Assembly (NCBI RefSeq): GCF_006345805.1
Contig: NC_043003.1
Coordinates: 22,630,001 to 22,694,000 of the forward strand
Reading direction: 5' to 3'
Source of the DNA: Octopus sinensis
Taxonomy: Eukaryota
Length of the DNA: 64,000 bases
Positions within the stretch are counted from its first letter, which is position 1; each line of letters begins with the position of its first letter. Below are positions 14,731 to 26,817 of this stretch, one piece after another. The translations under genes and the position numbers were made by a program. The notes below the pieces were generated by a model, which worked only from the letters and a program-made list of their open reading frames with translations, was not told where the DNA came from and did no database searches.

Positions 14731-15263
14731 GTACATATATATATGTACATATATATATGTACATATATATATGTAATGGGAAACAAATTGACAATTCAGT
14801 GAAAATTAAAAGTTTGGAAAAAAAATAAAAAAATAAAAATGTTAAAATTTGAAGGAATTTTTAATTCAAAATCATAATAGTAATATGAAGATGTAAAAGA
14901 GAAACAAGAAAAACAAGAAAAACTATTGAAATATAGAAGAGAAATCAGGAAAAATAGGGTAAGAAACTACCACCGAAAAAAAAGTACAAAACAAAAAAAA
15001 ATTAATTAAAGGGAGGCAACTCTCATGAATTTTTTTTTATAAAAAAAAAATGAATATTTTTTGTCAAGATGGGAATTTTTCTTAAAGAAATTCTTAGTCA
15101 TTTAAACTGCAAAGAATGAAAGTTTTTTTTTGCAAATCAATTAATATGAATATCATTATTATTATCATTATTATTATATTTTAATATTATTTTTCAATTT
15201 AGCTTTATAGAATATATACATATATATATATGTGTATATATAATATATATATATATAATATAT

Positions 15264-15302
<39 letters not shown>

Positions 15303-15316
15303 ATATATATTATGTA

Positions 15317-15390
<74 letters not shown>

Positions 15391-15485
15391 TATATATATA
15401 ATATATATATAGTTTTTTCTTCCTTCTATTTCTTGACCAAAACCAATTGAAAAAAAATAAGAAAACAATTTTAAGATTTGTTCCG

Positions 15486-15671
15486 TCAAGGCGGACAAAT
15501 TGCATCGACTGTTAACATTTGACGCAGGTCATCATCATCCAAGCAGCCAGTTATGAATTCTTCTTTTGACAATACACCGTCGTTATTCACGTCCATTTTA
15601 TGAAAGATACTTTCTGTACGCTTTTCTGGTGGTTCCTGGCTATCTGTACATCCTAACATTTCGTAAATTGC
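15486..15671 (-). CDS. Neuronal calcium sensor, terminal coding exon (EF4 and stop); absent from the ORF track
   Basis: Acceptor ttttctctttatAG, phase 0, in frame with the upstream exon. Translates to AIYEMLGCTDSQEPPEKRTESIFHKMDVNNDGVLSKEEFITGCLDDDDLRQMLTVDAICPP* (TGA at 15488-15486). EF4 loop is DVNNDGVLSKEE, and the AIYxMLG start is typical of the NCS family. Confidence 0.95.
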   Translation of the reverse strand, partial: AIYEMLGCTDSQEPPEKRTESIFHKMDVNNDGVLSKEEFITGCLDDDDLRQMLTVDAICPP

Positions 15672-15812
15672 CTATAAAGAGAAAAGTAAGAAAAGATTTA
15701 TATATAAAGGAAATAGAACAATTAAGCAAGCATATCATATTGTGTGTGCGTATATATATATTTACGTATGTACACATATATATGTACACACACACACACA
15801 CACACATATATA

Positions 15813-16290
15813 TCATCATCATCATCATCGTTTAACGTCCGTTTTCCGCGCTAGCACGGGTTGGATCGACCGGGGTCTGGGAAAACAGGGGCTGCACTAG
15901 GCTCCAGTCTGATCTGGCAGAGTTTCTACAGCTGGATGCCCTTCCTAACGCCAACCACTCCGCGAGTGTAGTGGGTGCTTTTTACGTGCCACCTGCACAG
16001 GTGCCAGGGGGGTCCGGCATCGGCCACGATCGGTTGGAGCTTTTTACGTGCCACCGGCACGGAAGCCAGCCAAGGCGGAGCTGGCAACGGCCACGTTCGG
16101 ATGGTGCTTTTTATGTGCCACCGGCACAGAAGCTAGTCGGGGCGGCGCTGGCATTGGCCACGTTCGGATGGTGCTTTTTATGTGCTACCAGCACAGAAGC
16201 CAGTCGAGGCGGCGCTGGCAACGGCCACGTATGGATGGTGCTTTTTATGTGCCACCGGCACAGGTATCACAACTACTATTTCCATTGATA
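15813..16290 (-). mobile_element. Short non-autonomous retroelement with an (ATG)n tail and an internal tandem array of 62-68 bp units
   Basis: GC-rich island with (cat)n at the left end. About 4.5 copies of ggtgctttttatgtgccaccggcacagaagccagtc...ggccacgttcggat lie at 15974-16265. The ggaagggcatccagctgtagaaa motif resembles RTE-related SINE tails (recalled, not searched). Confidence 0.65.
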
Positions 16291-16396
16291 TTTATTTATA
16301 TATAATAAAGGGTAAAATAAATAAATTAATTAATAATTGATCATTTTACCAATAGTTCGGTATGTTAAGAACCATTATCTGCAAACTTATACAAAA

Positions 16397-16637
16397 ATTC
16401 TATAATTATGAGTATAATTATAATTAGGGTTCAGCAAAAATTTGCTTCACCACATACCGAAATTTAGAAATAGCAGTTAAAAACTACTATTTCACTACCC
16501 TAAGAAAATCTCCCAGACAGCAATACTCAACAACTTTTATGGTAGTAGAATAGTATTTTAACTGCTATTTCTAAATTTCGGTATGTGGTGAAGCAAATTT
16601 TGCTGAACCCTAATTATAATTATACTCATAATTATAG

Positions 16638-16641
<4 letters not shown>
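16397..16641. repeat. Near-perfect inverted repeat of about 103 bp with a spacer of about 40 bp, abutting (TA)n
   Basis: aattctataattatgagtataattataattagggttcagcaaaa...actacc (16397-16499) has its reverse complement at about 16540-16641. Confidence 0.9.
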
Positions 16642-16684
<43 letters not shown>

Positions 16685-18886
16685 TGGATAGATAGATAAA
16701 TAGTCAAAGGTATCGATGTGTTGGGAAAAATTTTGGTTTCCAGCCATTTGGTTTTGAGTTCAGTTCCACTGTACAGCTCCTTGTGAAAGTGTCTTTTTCT
16801 CTACCCATGAACTAGAAAATGCCTTGTGAGTAAATTTATTATATGAAACTGTGAGGAAGCCTGTCATGTATTTCATCCTTTTCGGAAGCCTGTTATATAT
16901 GAACCGATGCTGGTGTGTTTACGTCCCCGTAACTTAGCGGTTCGGCAAAAGAGACCGATAGAATAAGTACTAGGCTTACAAAGAATAAGTCCTGGGGTCG
17001 ATTTGCTCGACTAAAAAGGCGGTGCTCCAGCATGGCGACAGTCAAATGACTGAAACAAGTAAAAGAGTAAATATACACACATATATATATATATATACTC
17101 TGTTTGGCTGGGACATAGAATGAACACATGCCTGCTAGTTAAACTACAACAGTTAACACTTACTTGATACTTTTATTTACTATTTCATTGTCTAGTGGGA
17201 TAAGTACATAATGGAAATTAATATGCTTAAACTGTTCTTTTAGGGTCATAGCCTAATGTTCTTTCTGAATGAAAGGCTCCCGTGTGTTGTCAATCTTTAT
17301 GCTCAGTTTTCTGGGTGAGGTTTTCCAAACAGCGTATGATATATAGCAACTGTGGAAGAAATTTTGAAGTGTTTTTGACCCATATATTTGGTGCAAATAC
17401 AAGTGCTACAGTCTCGTTTACAGCCATGTCAGCCCTCACTTATAGCCATATCAACCCTTACTGATCGGAGTTAATCTTACCATGATCATCCTGTCTTTGT
17501 CTCCTCTGTGCAGGGAAGCAAGAACCACATTATTTAACATGTCCATTTTATAAGCTGGTAAGGTATGAACTGAGAGATAATTTTCTTCATCATTTAAACA
17601 TGTCCGTCAAATGATATACTTTAAATCATTGTTTTCACATAGTATTTTATTCTGTTATAGTTTCATTTTCATTTAAATATTCAGCATAAAAGACACCTTT
17701 ACCTATCATACAAAATTACAGATCATCTTGATTAGAATTAAACTTGTCATTAGTGGTTTGATAGGAGAATCTTTTAACTCTTGATTCCAATGACTACTGC
17801 TTGTTTGCTGGAATATATGAATAAAGCCATGTCTTATCACCAATAACAATCTCTGTGAATACTATCACTGTCAAAATATATATGAGGTTGTTGTACAGTT
17901 CAAATATATTTGCTGATTGGCACTTGTTAATATATGATGAAGAATCCCCAGCTAATGACATTGATGATTCTACAAATTTGCCTGTAGATTCTATACATAC
18001 ATACATACATACATACATACATACATACATACATACACACATACATAGATGTATGTATGTATATACGAATGTATTGATAGATATAGATAGAGAGAGATGA
18101 TGGATGGACGGACGGACACGGATAGATGGACAGATAGATAGAAAGATAGATATCTTGCAAGCATGATTGTGTGGTTCAGAACATTGCTTTGCAACTATGT
18201 GGTTTCAAGTTCAGTCCCACTGTATGTATGTATATATGTAGTATGTATCTACACACACACACACACACACACACATATGTATATATATTTATATATATAC
18301 GTGCATGTGGTGTGTGTTTGTGTGTGTGTTTGTGTTTGTGTGTGTGTGTATCATCATCGACATGTTATACTAGTTTCAGTCACTGAATTGTGGGTATGTT
18401 GAGTGCTGCACTGAAGTGTCTAGACAAAATAAATTGATCCAGATATTACTTTTAAAAGTCAGGTCCTTATTCTATTATTATTTTTTGCCGAACCACTAAG
18501 TCTCAGGGATGTAAATATACCAAACTTATTGTTATGTGTGATTCCATGCGTTTTTCATCTACCAAATACACTCTCAGGACATTGGTCAACTTGAAGCTGT
18601 AGTAAAAGATACTTGCCCAAGGTGCTGCACAGTGGGACTGAACCTGAAACCACATAGTTGCAAAGCAATGCTCTCAACCACACAATCCTGCTTGCAAGAT
18701 ATCTATCTATCTATCTATCTATCTATCCTTCTATCTAACTGTTTATCTGTGTTCATCCATCCATTTATCTATCTATCTATCTGTGTTCATCCATCCATCC
18801 ATCTATCTGTGTTCATCCATCCATCCATCCATCTGTGTTCATCCATCCATCCATCCATCTGTGTTCATCCATCCATCCATCCATCC

Positions 18887-18980
<94 letters not shown>

Positions 18981-19039
18981 ATCTATCCATCCATCCGTCC
19001 GTCCGTCCGTCCGTCTGTCTGCCTGTCTGCCTGCCTGCC

Positions 19040-19132
<93 letters not shown>

Positions 19133-19773
19133 CTGTCTCTGTATTTATCTATGAAATGCAAATTCTCTATAGGGGCACCACTCAATACTTCGAGCGTCAA
19201 GCTGTGTGTCATGTATCCATAGTTCTGGTTGCTTAGTCATCAGGTAAATATTGATTCTGTACAATGATCTAAGACGTGTAGCCATACTATCTTTTATTCA
19301 GTTATAATGTGTCTAGGACTACATTATCCAAAGCATTCTTAATTAGTTTAAAGCTGTAGAATGTAATTTGTGGGAGATTTGGTTGTTATTTCTTGCAGTT
19401 GAAGTGATCACGTAGAAGCTCCCTCATTGTGTCTAAGTGTATGTAGGTTAAGTAATTTTGGAAGAGATCATTTCTTCCTAAGCTGTAACACAAGAGGAGA
19501 TAAACGCATCCAATGGCGCACTTATCAATTTTTAGATTACTACTGATCCTTTCAGCAATGCCGTAGTTCGCACAGATTGTAACAGCAGCCAAAATCCCCA
19601 AAACATACTATATGGTCCTTAAAAACACATATGATATAAGGCATCACAGACTACATTATTACTGAAAGAAAACAAACATACAATCCCCAGAATTGTAGCG
19701 AGTTGAATGACTTTAATCATAGAGCTTTTCGATCGAAGCTGACCTGGGATAAAACAACAGCAGTAAGTTAGTA

Positions 19774-20337
19774 TTGGGTTGTCCGGAATGTTCGTGCCGA
19801 TTTATAGTAGCTTACCTTTCGACTTGTTTTAGAAGATGGTTGAATCCATGAAATAGGATTTGACTACACCTCCATTTAGAGCACAGTTTAAGCTATCTTT
19901 TCGTAGAAGAAGGTTTGTTTCTATAACCTGTATTAATTCTGTAACCCTTTAAAATGGAAGATAAGAAAGTTCATTTTCGGCACTTGATGCTTTGGAAGCC
20001 AGACAAAAATTGCTGCAACTCGGCTGGGATATGTTACCCCACCCTCCATATTTACCAGATATTGCTCCTTCGGATTTCCACTTATTCAGGTCTCTGTAGA
20101 ATAGTCTTAATGGTAAAAATTTCAATTCCTTGGATGACGCAAAAAGATACCTTGATGAATTCTTTGCCATGAAACCACCTCAATTCCGGGAAGAGGGTAT
20201 TTTCGAGTTAAAGGAAAGATGGAGACGAATTTTGCAACAAAATGGTTCATATTTGGTTGATTAAAAATGTAATGGCAAGTATTTATTGACCTTTTTCTTT
20301 CCTTTGAAAATCAGCACGAACTTTCCGGACAACCCAA
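19774..20337 (+). mobile_element. Internally deleted mariner transposon (564 bp)
   Basis: TA flanks at 19772-73 and 20338-39. TIRs are ttgggttgtccggaatgttcgtgccgattt and aaatcagcacgaactttccggacaacccaa. The N-terminus MEDKKVHFRHLMLW is joined to the C-terminal part LGWDMLPHPPYLPDIAPSDFHLFRSL*NSL...NGSYLVD*. Confidence 0.93.
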
Positions 20338-20789
20338 TATATTTCTGCGTTAACATTCTGGGTCATTTAAGATTTTTGAGCTAAGTACTATAGACACAAA
20401 GTGGAGGTTTTATTCATTCCGACTCCGTACACTGCGTTTAAATCTTACCTTTGATCTTTCAGGGGTAGATAAATAGAGCACCAGTCCAGTACAGGAGGTG
20501 CGTTTTTCTTTTTCTTTCTATCATTTCTCTCTCTCTATCTCTCTCTCTCTCTGTCTCTGTCTGTCTGTCTGTTTGTCTCTCTCTCCTTGGATGAAATCTA
20601 GTGTGGTCAGGTTCGATGGGGGAATGAGCTTCTCGAAGTTTCAAATACCCATAATATACACGCTCACATACAAACGCATACACAAACACACACACACACG
20701 CGCGCGCGCGCACTCACACACGTATCCCTTTGCAAGTTGTGATATACAAATCACCAAAATAACAGATTAGCCATTCAGCTACATTTTCT

Positions 20790-21135
20790 CTCTGTTATGG
20801 TATTTTGTTCCAAGATACGTCTCGCTGATGCACTGGGATGCATCATCAGTGATGCTTTTGGAGTATTAAGGAGTTTCGGGTCTCTCAACATCAGACTTCC
20901 TCGTCCAGCTGATCTAACCAGAATTGGTCACGTTCCAGCTTGCATCCCAATAGCAGCAAACCACTGTCTGTCCTCTTTATCTAAAACCACCCAGTGGCTT
21001 TCTCGGCACATTCACAGATGGAATTTATGAACCTCTTCGTTAAACCTTGTCAGAGTTTTGCTGAACGAATACCCCAAAAATCCCCGGCAGCCCACTTCAG
21101 TTGTCTTGCAACATGCCTGCCAGCCAAAGGACGCC
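20790..21135 (-). mobile_element. 3' end of a restriction-like-endonuclease non-LTR retrotransposon (HERO-like), 5'-truncated
   Basis: Minus-strand peptides GWQACCKTTEVGCRGFLGYSFSKTL and KRFINSICECAEKATGWF*IKR. EVGCRGF...AEKA..WxWxKR is the C-terminal RLE signature I recognise from HERO-clade elements. A structured 3' UTR follows. Confidence 0.8.
20835..20948 (-). ncRNA. Candidate non-circularly permuted hammerhead ribozyme in the HERO-like 3' UTR
   Basis: 5' to 3' on the minus strand: gggatgca(20948-41)...aggaa-GTC(20896-94)-tgatgtt...gaccc-GAAA(20877-74)-ctcct...agcatca-CTGATGA(20849-43)-tgcatccc(20842-35). All core nucleotides are present, with a 7-bp stem I, a stem III and an 8-bp perfect helix after the CUGAUGA box. 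Confidence 0.6.
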
Positions 21136-21763
21136 AAATTAAGAAGCATAAATAAATAGGAAATTACCAGGAAAAGTTAATAATTACGAAATTACGCTAT
21201 GTAACACAATTTTTATCCTTGGATAGTAACTGCTATTTCCTATTTGCTTACTCCTAGAAAGTATAAGAAATGGTTCAAAATTTGCTTTTGTTAAATTTAT
21301 TCAAAGCCCAAAGAATCTCTCTCCACATATGGCTATGATGCTCCCCAACTACTCCTGCTCATGGTCAGAGATGTACATATTGTTATCCACAAAGGGACAT
21401 GCTCAAGTGGCAAAGCTCTAGCAACTGACAAGCAAATCTGTGGTACTGAGCAGAATGTTTGCTATAAAAATATTTATGCTTCAGTAACTCAGCGCCGAAT
21501 CTCTTTGAAATGTAGGTCAGTTTCAAAACATTGATGTCCAGGTCACAAAAGCAAAGTTTGAAGGGAATAGTAGTCATTTACTTTGGTTTCTAGATCGAAG
21601 CAAATAAGAAATAAAACTTCCTGACCAAAGACAAAAAAAAAAAAATGTTACAGATTAAAATTTTCACATTATTCAAAAAACAATTCTCAAGTTGCTGAAA
21701 AAAAAACAGAAATCCAAATCGAAGGATTGCTGAACAAACAATTGCACCATTTTCCATACATAC

Positions 21764-22036
21764 CGTAATGATTTCTACCATCTCGCTCTTCTCAATAGTG
21801 CCATCTTTATTTTTATCATACATCGTGAAGGCCCAATTCAGTTTTTCCTTCGGATCTCTTGCCGAGGTCACACTGATGGCAAGCATAAATTCCTTGAAAT
21901 CAATATGGCCACTGTTATCATGGTCAAATGTGCGGAACACGTGATCACAGAACATTTCTGGATTTCCTTGTCGGAAAAGGTCGGAATATACTTCCATTAA
22001 CTTATCTTTTGACAATAATCCTTTTGGGCAATCTTT
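21764..22036 (-). CDS. Neuronal calcium sensor (NCS/recoverin family, NCS-2-like), internal coding exon with EF1 loop, EF2 and EF3
   Basis: 273-nt phase 0/0 exon bounded by a polypyrimidine tract ending ttttcaatttacAG and the donor GTATGT. Translates to [91 protein letters not shown]. It has the NCS-diagnostic CPxG in the inactive EF1 and canonical loops [12 protein letters not shown] and [12 protein letters not shown]. Confidence 0.96.
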
Positions 22037-22571
22037 CTGTAAATTGAAAATAAAAGAAAAAAATGATTAATAAGAAAAAAAAAAAAGATGATTGAAAAAT
22101 TAAGTCTTAGATCGTAAAAGAGAAGATTATTAATGCAAGATTATAGAATAGAAGGAAGCTAATTCAATGTTTTTGTCGGTAATAATTAAATATAAATAAT
22201 AATATAAAGTTTGCGAAATATACATGGCTGTGTGGCTAAGAAGTATTTTTTCGCAAGCCTGTGGGTTTGGGTTCAATCCCACAGTGTGACAATTTAAACA
22301 AATGTCTTCCACTATTACTAAGGGGTGACAATACCGAATGGGTGAAATTCTGTTGATGGAAACTGGAAATCTTTACACATTTGGCAAATGTTTGCAAACG
22401 GCTAAGGTGAAATCCCAATGAAAAGAGTGGCAGTTCGTACACTGCCAGAGATGTGCGTCACTTTGTTTCTTAGCTTCACATCGCACATAGCTCAACTTTG
22501 CTCTTCCTAATTCCGATGTCGATATAATAAGTGCTTTTCAAGTACTTGACTCGATTAATGCGCAAACGCGT

Positions 22572-22629
<58 letters not shown>

Positions 22630-22680
22630 ACACACACACACACAACACACGCACACATCATGGTCACATATACATGTATA

Positions 22681-22915
22681 TATTTCTTTACTACCCACAA
22701 GGGGCTAAACACAGAGCGGACAAACAAGGACAGACAAACGGATTAAGTCGATTACATCGACCCCAGTGCGTAATTGGTACTTAATTTATCGACCCCGAAA
22801 GGATGAAAGGCCAAGTCGACCTCGGCGGAATTTGAACTCAGAACGTAGCGGCAGACGAAATACGGCTACGCATTTCGCCCGGCGTGCTAATGTTTCTGCC
22901 AGCTCGCCGACTTAA
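22681..22915 (-). mobile_element. tRNA-derived SINE, family A, full length with 17-bp TSD
   Basis: Head ggcgagctggcagaaacattagcacgccgggcgaaatgc...gagttcaaattcc (A/B-box-like) and core ggtcgacttggcctttcatcctttcggggtcgataaa. TSD tcacatatacatgtata at 22664-22680 and 22916-22932. Other copies lie near 38760-39350, 44820-44990, 46140-46350, 49965-50380 and 54515-54745. Confidence 0.9.
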
Positions 22916-24139
22916 TCACATATACATGTATACATGTATGCATGTATGTATGTATTGACATATTTATTTCGAAATGCGTTGCTTAGAATTTCACAAGTGA
23001 GAATAACACTCTTGATCATTCGAATGGTTTATTTTGCTTGGCAAGGCTTTCACAGCTTTCAAAGAAGGCAGGTTGTCATTAGATAATGAGTAAGAGTTGT
23101 TTTTATTGACTGGTGTAGATCACCCAGTAGAAAAAGTGACAGCCAACTGCCATTAGATGGAACTGTAACTAACAGCTGACTAGGTGAGATCGTCACAGAT
23201 TGACGGTACAATCTGTGCCTTTCTGTGGCTTCTGATTGTTACTAGGTAGGAAGCAGCTTTTGCATGGTGAGAAGATTTAGCATTCTTCATTATTTGCAAA
23301 AGATTCAGATGCAGCACATTGTAAATGAATTTGGCAAGCGGAAACTGTGAGAAATCTCATTGTCTTTGTGCTTGTATTTGTGCCCACATCACTTGACAAC
23401 CGATTTTGGTTTGTTTACGTTCCTGTAACGTAGCGGTTTGCTAAAATCAACAATAAAATAAGTACCAGTCTAAAAAATACGTTCTCGGTCGATTTATTCG
23501 ACTAAACTATTCAAGGCAGTGTGCCCCAGCATGGCCGCAGTCCAGTAATAACAAATAAAAATAAGTAAAAGATAACAAAATTAAGTTTTAACTAGTTTGG
23601 TAACAAGCCGTTCCGCCAAATTTCATGTTTGACTAGAATTTCTGTATGCCTTTCTTTCCTAACAAACTAACCACTTGGATCAGAATTTAACTTCTCTGGC
23701 TACTATATGTTGCTAGTCACTGTGAATTCTTCCGATTGGTTATTCCGTGTAAGTTTCGCTGGACTGTAAAAATTGCCTGGAGTATATATTATTAATAATA
23801 AAGAGTATGGACACCTATTCATAAAATTTATTCTATAATTTTATACAACATATTATAATGATCTACACTCTCACTCTATAAGAATTTTTAGTCCTATAAC
23901 ACGTGTCCCGGGGTGTGCTGTAAAAGAAAAAATTCTAATGCCAAATATGCGGAAAATAGACTTAAATCGTCAATAACCATATAATTCATCACTATAAGCA
24001 CGCGTCTCGAAGTAAGCCGACAGATATTTCTAAAAAATTCCGTTATAATCGTATCGGTCCCGATTTCCGAGTTAATTTATAAGAATTTTCTCCTCGTCAG
24101 TGATAAATGTGGCAAAGAAATAAATGAAATACTTACTTA

Positions 24140-24570
24140 CACCCATGGAAGAAGCAAACACTAAGTCATATGTACACTTAAGTACCCCAAATATATCCAA
24201 AATAGAAATTCTATTGCACACCCCGACACACGTGTGATCGGACGGAAAATTCACATAGAGTGAGAGTCCGGAAGTGAATAGTATTATATTTAATCTAATA
24301 TAGGATAAAATTTTTCGAAAAAAATTCTGTCAATGGCCAGCATATTAAAAAATACTTTTAAAGGTTAAATCTATAAACAACTTATAAACAAGGGCTAAAG
24401 AAAAAACTTCTAATGCTAAATATGCCGAAAATAGACTTAAATCGGACACTCTCACTCTATAAGAATTTTTAGTCCGATAACACGTGTCCCGGGTGTGCTG
24501 TAGAATTTCTATTTTAGATATATTTGCGATAGTTAAGTGTACATATGACTTAGTGTTTGCTTCTTCCATG

Positions 24571-24574
<4 letters not shown>
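24140..24574. mobile_element. TA-flanked MITE with TIRs of about 100 bp, plus an adjacent partial copy
   Basis: cacccatggaagaagcaaacactaagtcatatgtacacttaa...gatcgga (24140-24242) is inverted at 24473-24574. Internal segments recur at about 23865-23970. Confidence 0.8.
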
Positions 24575-24614
<40 letters not shown>

Positions 24615-24855
24615 CATGTGTATATATAATATATATATTCTTTTATTCTTTTACTTGTTTCAGTTATTTGACTGCGGCCAATGTAGAGCATCGCCTTTAG
24701 TCGAACAAATCGACTCCAGGACTTATTTTTGTAAGTCTAGTTACTTATTCTATCGGTCACTTTTGCCGAACTGCTAAGTTACGGGGCGTAAACACAACAC
24801 AGCATCGGTTGTCAAGCGATGTTGGGGTGACAAACAGACACACAACATACACACG

Positions 24856-24955
24856 NNNNNNNNNNNNNNNNNNNNNNNNNNNNNNNNNNNNNNNNNNNNN
24901 NNNNNNNNNNNNNNNNNNNNNNNNNNNNNNNNNNNNNNNNNNNNNNNNNNNNNNN
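24856..24955. other. Assembly gap (100 N)
   Basis: Run of 100 n that interrupts a family B SINE. Confidence 1.
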
Positions 24956-25547
24956 GGAGGATGTTCCTGATGTACAACGTCGGCTTTCATATATTAATGA
25001 GAAAAGAGATCTAGAATTCCATGTTATATATCTTTTGTAATAACAAAATAAATGGATTTCGTAAAATAAGATAACCTCGTAAAATAAGATGACGATAGAC
25101 ACGTTTCTGCTATTTAAGCACGACCAGTATTACTTGCTGTTTGAATGTTGAGTGTGAAGGCATTTATTTATTTATTTTGAAATATAAGACTTTATCTTTA
25201 ACGTTGTTCAGCACTTAATTAAGATTTGTTTTGCATATACCAGAAATATTCTCTACTTGTTGTTTACTTGACTTCATAGGCGGATGAAGGGCAATGCCCG
25301 TTGCATTTTGGAGAGTTTTGAGTGGAAGTGATACACAGTCCAGAGACCTGGCTCGAATACTTGTGAGACCCAAGTGCCATGTTGTAGCGTTAAGCATGAC
25401 TATTAAGTCCAAAATTCATTCCTCCTGCATTCCTCCTTTGTGTCCAAAATCGCTAAAACCATTAAATGTGATAAATTATCGGCATTGTTTCAAATACAAT
25501 GTTTAATTTTTATATAATACAAAGTGGGCATAATGTCAGGTACTATT

Positions 25548-25776
25548 ACTCTTTTACTTGTTTCAGTCATTTGACTGTGGCCATGCTGGAGCACCGCCTT
25601 TAGTCGAGCAAATCGACCCCAGGACTTATTCTTTGTAAGCCTAGTACTTGTTCTATCGGTCTCTATTGCCGAACCGCTAAGTTGCGGGGTCCTAAACACA
25701 CTAGCATCGGTTGTCAAGCGATGTTGGAAGGACAAACACAGACACACAAACACACACACACACACACACACACACG

Positions 25777-25822
<46 letters not shown>

Positions 25823-25990
25823 TATATACGACAGGCTTCTTTCAATTTCCGTCAACCAAATCCACTCAGAAGGCTTTGGTCGGCCTGAGGCTATAGTAGA
25901 AGACACTTGTCCAAGGTGCCAAGCAGTGGGACTGAACCCGGAACCATGTGGTTGGTGAGCAAGCTACTTACCACACAGCCACTCCTGCGT
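25548..25990 (-). mobile_element. tRNA-derived SINE, family B, with an internal microsatellite
   Basis: Head gcaggagtggctgtgtggtaagtagcttgc...ggttcagtccc, then a (TA)/(TG)n middle, then a tail ending ggtgctccagcatggcc...gaaacaagtaaaagagt. Confidence 0.9.
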
Positions 25991-26277
25991 CTATATTAAT
26001 AAAAATAGTTTAGCGCATATGGTTTTCTTTTGCAGACCTTTAGGATGAATAGAGAGGATCGTGTAGCAATGGTTATCTGGCGAATCCAAAGAAGCACAAT
26101 GAAATGAGAAATAAATTTGGGAGGAAATTCAACAAGGTAATACCCAACAGATAAGGGGATTAGTAAAGAAGCGAAAATAATCCGCTTAAGTGTCTGCAAA
26201 AGAAATCGTATAAACTGAGTCGTTATTACGTTTGCCACACACACACACATACACACACACATACACACACACACATA

Positions 26278-26309
<32 letters not shown>

Positions 26310-26389
26310 TTCGAAGTATATTTCCCATTCCAACTTTCTTCAGTTCGATCGAAAGTTCCGGTTGTGTTCTCGCTCTATAATAAAGGACT

Positions 26390-26541
26390 TTGTTGTGGTA
26401 AGTAGCTCACTTACCAGCCACATGCATGGTTCCGGGTTCAGTCCCACAGCATGGCATCTTCAGCAAGTGTCTTCTACTATAGCCGGGCCGACCAAAGACG
26501 GAAACTGAAAGAAGCCCGTCGTATTATGTATATATTATATA

Positions 26542-26618
<77 letters not shown>

Positions 26619-26817
26619 ATGTTGTTTGTGTGTCTGTGTTTGTCCCCCTAGCATTGTTTTGACAACCGATGCTGGTGTGTTTATGAACCCGTAACTTAGC
26701 GGTTCAGCAAAAGGACTCATAGAATAATTCCCGGGGTCGATTTGCTCGACTAAAGTCGGTGCTCCAGCATGGCCGCAGTCAAATAACTGAAACAAATAAA
26801 AAAGTAAAGAGTAAAGA
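26390..26817 (+). mobile_element. SINE family B copy, inverted relative to 25548-25990
   Basis: Same head, microsatellite and tail organisation, with small internal deletions. Confidence 0.85.

Noticed and set aside
21590-21763. C-terminal extension VCMENGAIV... of the 141-aa ORF
   Set aside because: It is read-through into the intron past the GTATGT donor; NCS similarity resumes in the exon at 15671.
23985-24105. CTGACGA...GAGACGCGTG motif on the minus strand
   Set aside because: The GAAA box and cleavage triplet are both altered; it may be a fossil but cannot be supported.
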